A stretch of DNA of 39,872 nt from positions 1 to 39,872 of the IMG/VR virus record IMGVR_UViG_3300045988_028822; one strand, 5' to 3'. The DNA comes from a virus. Positions 26,254-32,915 of this stretch are shown piece by piece. Within the stretch, counting starts at the first letter, position 1, and every line of letters begins with the position of its first letter. Both the position numbers and the translations under genes were made by a program. The notes under the pieces are model-generated. The model did not search any database. It had not been told where the DNA came from and saw nothing but the letters and a program-made list of their open reading frames with translations.

Positions 26254-26951
26254 TGCTCATCGGACAGGCGAGCATTGATGAGCGGGGTAAGATTTCCGGC
26301 GGCAACGCCGGAAATCAATCCGGCTGGGAGCTGAATATCCGAGACTGGTATGCCAACGGCTGGACACTGGTCCTGCGGCCAAAGTGGAGAACCACAGCAA
26401 AAAAGATGGCGGCGGCGTGCCGCGCGGGCGTGGGAAATCGGCACATCGGGTATGACCAGTGGCAGAGGAATACGCTGCGGTATTACGCAAAACTCGCCAA
26501 GTGGAATCTTGCGGCGGTCACAGACGACTGTGAGACGGACTGCTCGGCGTTTATGGCGGTTTGCGCAGAAGCGGCGGGCGTGGACATGGAGTCTGCATAC
26601 ACGGCAGGCAATGCCCCGGCAACGTTCCAGATGCGGCAGCAGTGGGGCAAGACAGGGGAATTTGAGCTGCTTACAGATCGTAGGTATCTGGACTGCCCGG
26701 ACTATCTCTTGGAGGGCGACGTGCTCGTCAACGAATCGAGACATACGGCAATGGCACTTGGAAACGGCGAAAAGTCGGAAGGAGAGCTGGAAGTGGTAGA
26801 AAAATCGAAGATCATTGTAGACGGTAAGGAGATCGAAGTCGACCGGATTCTCAAGGACGGCACGAACTATATCAAGGTCAGAGACCTTGCGGCGGCGCTC
26901 GATTTGGAAGTGTCGAATCAGGGAAGCATTGCGGTTCTGAACAGAAAGTAG
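26253..26951 (+). CDS. Endolysin: Cys-peptidase (NlpC/P60- or CHAP-like) plus Cu-amine-oxidase-N1-like wall-binding domain (232 aa)
   Basis: ETDCSAFMAVCAEAAG (nucleophile Cys context) and ...SRHTAMAL (His). C-terminal IIVDGKEIEVDRILKDGTNYIKVRDLAAALDLEV. Confidence 0.65.
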   Translation: MLIGQASIDERGKISGGNAGNQSGWELNIRDWYANGWTLVLRPKWRTTAKKMAAACRAGVGNRHIGYDQWQRNTLRYYAKLAKWNLAAVTDDCETDCSAFMAVCAEAAGVDMESAYTAGNAPATFQMRQQWGKTGEFELLTDRRYLDCPDYLLEGDVLVNESRHTAMALGNGEKSEGELEVVEKSKIIVDGKEIEVDRILKDGTNYIKVRDLAAALDLEVSNQGSIAVLNRK

Positions 26952-26958
26952 GGGAAAT

Positions 26959-27171
26959 ATGCAGCGCGGATTGCCATTAAAGCCGCGCAGTGAGTGGGAG
27001 CACCTGATTTCTGAATGGATTCACAACGCACTGTATCGGGAGATCATGCGAAGGAATATCTGCGACGGGGAAACGGCAGAGCGGTTGGCCGAACGGTTCG
27101 GGTTTTCTGTGAATGGTATGAAGGGCATTATCAAACGATGCACGGAAGTTTTATTGAAGGCAGACGCGTAA
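26959..27171 (+). CDS. Small sigma70-region-4-like HTH protein (70 aa)
   Basis: DGETAERLAERFGFSVNGMKGIIKR has an HTH-like pattern. Confidence 0.4.
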   Translation: MQRGLPLKPRSEWEHLISEWIHNALYREIMRRNICDGETAERLAERFGFSVNGMKGIIKRCTEVLLKADA

Positions 27172-27187
27172 GCGCCTGCCTTTTTCT
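27159..27187 (+). terminator. Intrinsic terminator
   Basis: GGCAGACGC-GTAA-GCGCCTGCC (one mismatch, GNRA loop) followed by TTTTTCT. Confidence 0.55.
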
Positions 27188-27286
27188 ATGCCTTTTCTAG
27201 CCTTTGGCTTGGTTTTTTGTTATGGCGTTTTCCCACAGAATGATGGTAGGAACTGGCCGGTTCACTATCTTTTTGGGGGTATTTTT

Positions 27287-27775
27287 ATGGAATACGCAAG
27301 CAACGGAAAAGGCAACCTCGGCGTGACGCTGGGCGCGATCGGCACCGGTCTTGGCGTGCTGAACGGCGGTCTCGGCGGCATCCTCGGCGGATTCGGCGCG
27401 AATCCTGCTGCGGCTGCGGCTATGGCTGCGGGTAACAGTGACAACCGGTATGTCAGCCGGTATGAGGCTGGTCAGTCCGCACGAATCGCAGAGCTGGAGA
27501 CGGAAGTGAAGCTGCGCGACGCGAACGCTTACACCGACAAGAAAATGCTCGAGCTGTACCAGTACACGGACGGCAGAATGCGCTCGATCGAAGAGCAGCT
27601 CTGTCAGCAGCGCGTGATCAATGCGCAGACCACGGCGAATATCAGCTGCATGCAGAATGAGATCGCGGCGCTCTCGGCCATGACGAAGACCGTCATTCCC
27701 ATCGGCAACGTCTGTCCGGAGCCTATGCAGCGGTATAACAGCTGGACGGCACCGACAACCAGCACGACGACCTAA
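27287..27775 (+). CDS. Hypothetical protein: Gly-rich hydrophobic N-terminus plus coiled coil (162 aa)
   Basis: Internal ATG at 27287 of track ORF 27188..27775. Sequence GNLGVTLGAIGTGLGVLNGGLGGILGGFG. Confidence 0.5.
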   Translation: MEYASNGKGNLGVTLGAIGTGLGVLNGGLGGILGGFGANPAAAAAMAAGNSDNRYVSRYEAGQSARIAELETEVKLRDANAYTDKKMLELYQYTDGRMRSIEEQLCQQRVINAQTTANISCMQNEIAALSAMTKTVIPIGNVCPEPMQRYNSWTAPTTSTTT

Positions 27776-27822
27776 CGTACAAAGGGGCGGCAAACGCCGC
27801 CCCAACGTCTCAGGAGGGGCAT

Positions 27823-28161
27823 ATGGTAACAATTGATCAGGCAATGCGCGGCATCGTGCGTTTCGTTGACACGGAGATTCTTCCACATCTTCCGACCGGG
27901 AAGGGGATCGGAGCCGGTATCGCGATGGCGCTTATGATGGACGGCGGGAAAGAACGAATCCTTGCGCTGCGGGAAAACCCGGTTGTGCAGATGATGGGCG
28001 TTATGGACGAGACAGGGAACATCAACATCGACCGGCTTTACAATGCGGCGAGACCGAAGTTTGAGCAGCGGCTTCCGGTTTCGATTCCGTTTATCGGGGA
28101 GCTGACATTTGACCAGAACGATGTTGACAAACTTTACAGATATATCAAGGAGGCAGTATGA
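27823..28161 (+). CDS. Hypothetical protein (112 aa)
   Basis: Track ORF with AGGAGGGG RBS. Confidence 0.5.
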   Translation: MVTIDQAMRGIVRFVDTEILPHLPTGKGIGAGIAMALMMDGGKERILALRENPVVQMMGVMDETGNINIDRLYNAARPKFEQRLPVSIPFIGELTFDQNDVDKLYRYIKEAV

Positions 28162-28610
28162 GAGAATACATAGAAAAGCTTCGGGAGCGGCTGCATGAGC
28201 TGATGGAGCGGCCTGCGACGCTCGGGAATGTGGAAGAGGTCAGACTCTACGCGAAGACCATTCGGGCGCTGGAGAAGCTCGAGTGCGGCGAGACGTTCAC
28301 GAAAGAAGATGCGCTTTACTGGGTGGAGCACATGGAAAACAGCGACGGCACGACCGGGGCGCAATGGACGATGGACGAGACAAGCGCAATGGCAAAGAGC
28401 ATGGGCGTGTATCTTCCGGCCTGCATCTGGTTCGCGGCGGTGAACATGATGCGGTCGGACTACTGCATGGTAGCGAGAAAGCACGGGGTGGACAAGCCGG
28501 AATTTTACGCGGATATGGCGCAGGCGTTCCTTTTTGATGAGGACGCGGGGGAGCCGGAGGAGAAGATTTCGGCGTATTATCACTGTGTTGCAAAGCCAGA
28601 AATTCATTAG
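28158..28610 (+). CDS. Hypothetical protein (150 aa)
   Basis: Track ORF whose start overlaps the upstream stop. The HMENSDGTTGAQWTMDET...NMMRSDY block looks like a conserved phage family that I cannot name. Confidence 0.55.
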   Translation: MREYIEKLRERLHELMERPATLGNVEEVRLYAKTIRALEKLECGETFTKEDALYWVEHMENSDGTTGAQWTMDETSAMAKSMGVYLPACIWFAAVNMMRSDYCMVARKHGVDKPEFYADMAQAFLFDEDAGEPEEKISAYYHCVAKPEIH

Positions 28611-28643
28611 CATTTTTCATTAGCATTTTTCATTAGCATTTTG
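28605..28643 (+). repeat. Tandem CATTAGCATTTTT x3 (13-nt period), putative integrase arm-type sites
   Basis: Read directly. The same word recurs twice at 28850-28872, on the other side of the attP core. Confidence 0.7.
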
Positions 28644-28645
28644 CG

Positions 28646-28705
28646 TTCCGGGAATGCGGTTTTCTTTCCGAAAATGCGGGATAGTTTCCGTAAACGCGGA
28701 ATTGC
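28646..28705 (+). repeat. Three 20-nt-period repeats TTCCGnnAAnGCGG
   Basis: TTCCGGGAATGCGG, TTCCGAAAATGCGG and TTCCGTAAACGCGG start at 28646, 28666 and 28686. Confidence 0.7.
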
Positions 28706-28734
28706 TAAAACGGCTGAAAGTATTGAAAATGCAA

Positions 28735-28770
28735 GAAAAACCTGCAATCTCAATTGATTGCAGGTTTTTG
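28735..28770. terminator. Bidirectional terminator
   Basis: AAAAA-CCTGCAATC-tcaatt-GATTGCAGG-TTTTT. Confidence 0.65.
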
Positions 28771-28775
28771 CTTTT

Positions 28776-28799
28776 TGGTGACCCGTACGGGAATCGAAC
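28776..28799 (-). other. attP core: mimic of a tRNA 3' end (T-loop, T-stem, acceptor, CCA)
   Basis: The reverse complement reads GTTCGATTCCCGTACGGGTCACCA. No full cloverleaf is present upstream, so this is a fragment and not a tRNA gene. Confidence 0.6.
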
Positions 28800-28843
28800 A
28801 CGTAAACAATATGGCAAATGAACCGTAATATCAATGATATTAT

Positions 28844-29920
28844 TTATTTATTAGCATTTTCATTAGCATTTTCTTCTTCCGGGCGCGTGTTTTCAAAAAA
28901 CGCAGCCATTTTATTCCTGGCTTTCAGGCGGTCACATTGGGCGAGATGCGTATAGATTTTACGCATGGTGTTGTAGTCAGACCAGCCGCCAAGCTCCATT
29001 GTGTCCTGCTCACTCATGCCAACATGGTAGGCAAGGGAAGCGAAACTATGACGGAGACCATGCACACCAACCTTCGGCAAGTCGTTATTCTCACAGATCT
29101 GATTGACACGCCAGTACAGGGTTGTTGGGTTTGCAGTATAAATCAGTCCGGTTCGCTTTTCCGCCGGGACGGAATTGATTGCGTCAATCAGTTCCGGAAT
29201 CATGATCGGGACGACACGGCGGGAAGACGTGTTTTTATTTTCACCCTTTTTAATGAGCTTGCCATCTTCATCGAGGACGGAAGAACCATGCACTGTAATT
29301 GTCTTTTCTTTTATGTCAACCATTTCGTAGGTCATAGCTAGAACTTCGGAGCGGCGCAAACCATGAAGCGCAAGAAGAGCCGGAATTTCGAAACGGTCTC
29401 CTTTGAGAATCTTCACAAATTTCAGAATATCGTCCGGCTCCAGCCATTGCTTTTCAGCGCGAATGACTTGCGGAAGACGGATTTCCGGAACGGGGAGATT
29501 TGCGTAACGAAGCGCTGATGCAAGAAATCCCCACGCGTTTTTCAGCGTTTTTGCAGAAACAAGGTTCGCTTCGGTGTCAATCACTTTCTGCCAGTCTTTA
29601 ATGCTATCGTGTGTGGAATCAGAGATGGAGAGAAAACGCGTTTTCTTGATACTGGCATAGCCCCGCACGGTTGCGGGGGACGCGGTTGCGCGGATGCTGT
29701 CTATGTACGCCTGCATCAGCTCGGAAATTGTCTGCTCTGTTTTTTTTGTTATGCGGCGTTTCCCAGCGATATGCTCAGCTTTAATGAGCTGCGCTTGCTG
29801 GATACATTCCTTCTTGCTGGGAGCAGAGACAGGGACACTGACACCGTTCAAACGCATCTGGATAAACCATGTACCACTTGGTAATTTCTTTGGCTCTGGT
29901 ACTTTCATGATGAACCTCAA
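28844..29920 (-). CDS. int: Tyrosine integrase (358 aa)
   Basis: HGLRRSE..., VHGLRHSFASLAY, GWSDYNTMRKIYTHL (R...HxxR...Y pattern). Adjacent to attP. Confidence 0.9.
   Translation of the reverse strand: MRFIMKVPEPKKLPSGTWFIQMRLNGVSVPVSAPSKKECIQQAQLIKAEHIAGKRRITKKTEQTISELMQAYIDSIRATASPATVRGYASIKKTRFLSISDSTHDSIKDWQKVIDTEANLVSAKTLKNAWGFLASALRYANLPVPEIRLPQVIRAEKQWLEPDDILKFVKILKGDRFEIPALLALHGLRRSEVLAMTYEMVDIKEKTITVHGSSVLDEDGKLIKKGENKNTSSRRVVPIMIPELIDAINSVPAEKRTGLIYTANPTTLYWRVNQICENNDLPKVGVHGLRHSFASLAYHVGMSEQDTMELGGWSDYNTMRKIYTHLAQCDRLKARNKMAAFFENTRPEEENANENANK
28850..28872 (+). repeat. (C)ATTAGCATTTT x2, second arm-site cluster
   Basis: Read directly. It overlaps the integrase C-terminal codons (ENANENANK). 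Confidence 0.65.
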
Positions 29921-29926
29921 TTCTCT

Positions 29927-30391
29927 TTATGCGCGAACCCAGCCGATGTTTGGGTTGCAAAGATCGATGATCAGCGCAACCAGAGCCAGCGCCATAATGA
30001 CGCACAGCCCCATAATAATCATGGAACGCGTGTGAAGCCCGCGTTCATAGATCCGCTGCATCTGCTCTGCGTGCGCCAGTTCCGGGCAAGCGCTGCAATC
30101 TTCCGGGTTCTTTTCGCTCGGTATTTTAATATTAAAATAGGCGTTCAGATCGACGCTGCACGCACGGCAAATCGGCCCGACAGTGTAGACAGACGGGTGC
30201 TTGGTATCTCCGCGAAGATACTGCGAAACCGTATTCAAAGCCAAGCCTGTTTCGTCTGCAATATGCTGGTTCGTAACGTGTGCGGCATCTTTCGCGTCAC
30301 GGCAGATTTCCCACAACTTTTTAACCAAAACACATTCCCCCATATGTTTTAATGGACAAAACCTATGCTGATGTGCGCGATAAGTGGACAT
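29927..30391 (-). CDS. Membrane-anchored HTH protein (about 154 aa; start uncertain: 30448, 30391 or 30343)
   Basis: HIADETGLALNTVSQYLRG HTH, a Cys-rich middle part, and a C-terminal TM IIMGLCVIMALALVALIIDL. It lies 6 nt upstream of int. Confidence 0.55.
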   Translation of the reverse strand: MSTYRAHQHRFCPLKHMGECVLVKKLWEICRDAKDAAHVTNQHIADETGLALNTVSQYLRGDTKHPSVYTVGPICRACSVDLNAYFNIKIPSEKNPEDCSACPELAHAEQMQRIYERGLHTRSMIIMGLCVIMALALVALIIDLCNPNIGWVRA

Positions 30392-30468
30392 TGTGTCTCG
30401 ACATGCCCATATAGAACGGTATATTCTGGAACTACAGGCAGCTCCCACTACTGCTTGGCAAACAAAGT

Positions 30469-30497
30469 CCCCGCCGCTCGGTGGCTCGGCGGCGGGG
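30469..30497 (-). terminator. GC-rich hairpin, possible terminator for the upstream minus-strand gene
   Basis: CCCCGCCG (30469-30476) pairs with CGGCGGGG (30490-30497). The T-tract on the minus strand is only weak. Confidence 0.35.
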
Positions 30498-30585
30498 CAA
30501 CATTACGGGCGCACCGTCAAAAAAGCTATTTCGGTTTATGCGGAACAGCGTCCCAAAAGACAAAAAACATATGAAGCCCTCCGAT

Positions 30586-30864
30586 TCAAGATATCTTTCC
30601 TGCGCGGAGAATTACAATCAAAGATATGATGTAGCCTACCAAAAAGAAAGTCTTGTATTGTGGGATGAACCTGAGAACAAGGAATGTGAGAACACCTAAA
30701 AGGCAGGTATGTAAGGCGATTGTAAAAATCGTAAGTTTCATCCCACGTGATTTTATATTTTGCAAAGAGCCTACAATCTGCGCGAAACCAAATGTACCGG
30801 CCATAAACGCACCATAGCCAACCAATATATGAAGAATCACCTTCCAAAACACGCTATACCACAC
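30586..30864 (-). CDS. Small polytopic membrane protein (92 aa), low-GC moron
   Basis: Three hydrophobic helices. The region is markedly AT-richer than its surroundings and lies between int and the repressor. Confidence 0.5.
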   Translation of the reverse strand: MWYSVFWKVILHILVGYGAFMAGTFGFAQIVGSLQNIKSRGMKLTIFTIALHTCLLGVLTFLVLRFIPQYKTFFLVGYIISLIVILRAGKIS

Positions 30865-30940
30865 TCCCTGTCCAATATTTTGTACTTATTCAAAATTTCC
30901 GTGTAGAAAATTGAATATGAAATTTGTGGAATCTTGCATA

Positions 30941-30969
30941 TTGTATTTTACGAACATGCGTTCTAAAAT
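30941..30969 (+). promoter_or_regulatory. Sigma70-like promoter facing the repressor 3' end
   Basis: TTGTAT (30941-30946), 17-nt spacer, TAAAAT (30964-30969). Confidence 0.35.
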
Positions 30970-31000
30970 ATCAATACGCCGCAAGGAAAGGAGCACGCCG

Positions 31001-31144
31001 ATGACACGCGAAGAAGCAGCCAAATACATAGAGCGTCTATCTTACGATGAAAAGCGACAACTCAACGATTTGCTAAGAGCCCTTGCACAAAAGCGTCAAC
31101 CTTCTGCATCTCTTCGGGTGTCAAAGAAACCAGACGCGAAATAA
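31001..31144 (+). CDS. Possible small protein (47 aa) convergent with and overlapping the repressor gene
   Basis: AAGGAAAGGAG RBS 7 nt before the ATG. Translation MTREEAAKYIERLSYDEKRQLNDLLRALAQKRQ... It overlaps 31062..31144 antisense to the repressor C-terminus. Confidence 0.3.
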   Translation: MTREEAAKYIERLSYDEKRQLNDLLRALAQKRQPSASLRVSKKPDAK

Positions 31145-31439
31145 GATCCTCGTTTAACTTCCTCTCGTCCTCCGGGACGGGGGGATTTTTTTCGTCTGTC
31201 TCGCCCTTGAGCCAAGCAACAGAGACACCATACTTTGCAGAAATCTCATAAAGATAGTTACTATATGACGTTGAGTTGCCAGCTATCCAGTCTGAAATTA
31301 TGTGTCCATCCTTGAATCCAAGCGGACGGGCAAATGCCGCCAGCGAACCATGTTTGAAATCGCCATTTTCCTTCTTCGGAATAAGCGAGAGAATACGTTC
31401 TAGCATAATGTCCATAATTGGAACCTCAAAATTGTGCAT
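31062..31439 (-). CDS. cI-like XRE-family repressor (125 aa; the start may be ATG 31415, which follows GAGG)
   Basis: GSLAAFARPLGFKDGHIISDWIAGNSTSYSNYLYEISAKYGVSVAWLKGETD has an HTH_XRE pattern. Divergent from the cro-like gene across an operator. Confidence 0.75.
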   Translation of the reverse strand: MHNFEVPIMDIMLERILSLIPKKENGDFKHGSLAAFARPLGFKDGHIISDWIAGNSTSYSNYLYEISAKYGVSVAWLKGETDEKNPPVPEDERKLNEDLISRLVSLTPEEMQKVDAFVQGLLANR

Positions 31440-31455
31440 GTAAACAAATAGTTTG

Positions 31456-31488
31456 AATAAACCATTTTATTATTGCAAATGGTTTATT
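31456..31488. promoter_or_regulatory. Operator: perfect 12-bp inverted repeat AATAAACCATTT / AAATGGTTTATT
   Basis: Arms at 31456-31467 and 31477-31488. The right arm overlaps the -35 of the rightward promoter. Confidence 0.6.
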
Positions 31489-31501
31489 TATGAGTTATTA
31501 T
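31473..31501 (+). promoter_or_regulatory. Rightward early promoter
   Basis: TTGCAA (31473-31478), 17-nt spacer, TATTAT (31496-31501). Confidence 0.5.
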
Positions 31502-31647
31502 ATGAGCGTACCCGAAAGGTACAGCAAAGCAGCCCCTCGGAGAGCGGCAAAAAACAATGTTTTCTGAACAATTTCATTGTAACACCGCTCCTGAAGGGTT
31601 GTCAATCATTATTACTCATATTTATGAGGCTCAGAGGAGGCGAGAGA

Positions 31648-31905
31648 TTGAGGCTGAAAGAACTCCGGCTAAAAGCAGGGCTTACGCAGGCGGAAGTTGC
31701 AAAGGAACTGAACGTGAACCAGTCTGCGGTACACCTGTGGGAGACCGGGAGAACACGCATTGCACGGAAACATCACGAAAATCTGGCAAGACTGTACGGG
31801 GTGACGATTCCCGAGCTTTTTACAGGAGGTGAAGAACATGCCGAAGGCGGCGGTAAAGCGGACGCTGGACTACATGCTGGAAGCGAAAATCCGGGGAGAG
31901 ATTGA
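31648..31905 (+). CDS. Cro-like XRE HTH protein (85 aa, TTG start)
   Basis: GGAGG, 8 nt, then TTG. Translation (M)RLKELRLKAGLTQAEVAKELNVNQSAVHLWETG. The same 17-nt SD-TTG cassette precedes 32091. Confidence 0.6.
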   Translation: MRLKELRLKAGLTQAEVAKELNVNQSAVHLWETGRTRIARKHHENLARLYGVTIPELFTGGEEHAEGGGKADAGLHAGSENPGRD

Positions 31906-32077
31906 GGCACAAGGCGTGAGCGTTGAGAAAGCCTGCAAGTACGCGGGCATTGGAAGCACGACGCTTTATGAGCTTTACAAGAGCCCGACGAAGTATTTCC
32001 CGCAGGCGCTCCGGCTCATGCGCTGTCTGGGCGTTCCGATTGCGGATGTACGGGAAATGATCTGCTACCCGTGGTAA
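31838..32077 (+). CDS. Small HTH protein (79 aa)
   Basis: AGGAGG RBS 8 nt before ATG 31838. VSVEKACKYAGIGSTTLYELYK is HTH-like. Confidence 0.5.
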   Translation: MPKAAVKRTLDYMLEAKIRGEIEAQGVSVEKACKYAGIGSTTLYELYKSPTKYFPQALRLMRCLGVPIADVREMICYPW

Positions 32078-32090
32078 GGGAGGCGAGAGA

Positions 32091-32309
32091 TTGAGCAAAA
32101 GAAGCTTTGGCGCTTACGTGAAGGCAAGACTGCACGACCTGAACATGACGCAGGCCGATCTTGCAGACTGCTGCAACGTGACGCAGAGCCACATCAGCAA
32201 TGTACTAAACGGACGGGCGAGCGCCCGGAAGCTCAGACCGGTCATCATCTCTGTGCTTGATCAGTGGGAAGCGCAGAGGAAGGAACGGAGGAAACGGCAC
32301 CAGCCGTAA
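32091..32309 (+). CDS. XRE HTH protein (72 aa, TTG start)
   Basis: LNMTQADLADCCNVTQSHISNVLNG. The SD-TTG cassette is identical to the one at 31636-31652. Confidence 0.6.
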   Translation: MSKRSFGAYVKARLHDLNMTQADLADCCNVTQSHISNVLNGRASARKLRPVIISVLDQWEAQRKERRKRHQP

Positions 32310-32330
32310 AATTTAGGAGGATTGAAACGA

Positions 32331-32915
32331 ATGAAAGTCAGATTAACATTTTTGGAGCCTGTGCTTGGCACATGGCCGAGCAATGAGAATGTAGCGCGGG
32401 ATTTCATCGCGTCGAAAGCGCCGGACGCTTCTACCATTGAAGACGAGATCGCGGCTTTGGGCGCGGACGTGGTAGCTGACAAGGGCATGACGGTATTCCC
32501 CCGCGCGAACGGGTGCCCGGTTCTTTACGATTACCAGATCAAGGGGTTCTTCAAAGACTCTTGTGGTATGTTGGCAAGAGTCAAGAGCAAGAAGAGCTCG
32601 ACCTTGAGAGCTTACAAGAAGATCATCGACGGTCTGATTTTCGTCGAGCCGCGGCACATCCCGATTCAGACAAACGGTGAGATTGGCGAATGCCAGCGTC
32701 CTTTGAGAGCACAGACCCCGCAGGGTGAGCGTGTGAGCCTTGCGAACTCGGAGGAGATTCCGGCGGGCAGCACGATCGAGTTTGAGATCAACATGTTAGA
32801 CGAAAAGGCACACAAGGATATCGTCCTGGAATGGCTGGATTACGGACGGCTCAGAGGCATCGGCCAGTGGCGAAACTCCGGAAAGGGACGGTTCTCCTAC
32901 GAAGTGCTCGAGTAA
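32331..32915 (+). CDS. Conserved phage protein with RAMP/Cas7-like motifs (194 aa)
   Basis: TAGGAGG RBS. Motifs MKVRLTFLEPVLGT, PVLYDYQIKGFFKD, and a C-terminal Gly-rich loop GIGQWRNSGKGRF (32856-32894). Confidence 0.6.
   Translation: MKVRLTFLEPVLGTWPSNENVARDFIASKAPDASTIEDEIAALGADVVADKGMTVFPRANGCPVLYDYQIKGFFKDSCGMLARVKSKKSSTLRAYKKIIDGLIFVEPRHIPIQTNGEIGECQRPLRAQTPQGERVSLANSEEIPAGSTIEFEINMLDEKAHKDIVLEWLDYGRLRGIGQWRNSGKGRFSYEVLE

Noticed and set aside
28605-28705. Short tandem repeats that might be taken for a mini CRISPR array
   Set aside because: The units are 13 and 20 nt with no repeat-spacer organisation and no cas genes. Their position on both sides of the tRNA-like attP core next to int fits recombination arm sites.
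28776-28830. A tRNA gene on the minus strand
   Set aside because: Only the 3' 24 nt (T-loop to CCA) are tRNA-like. The sequence that should form the T-stem 5' strand, the anticodon arm and the D-arm does not fold into a cloverleaf.
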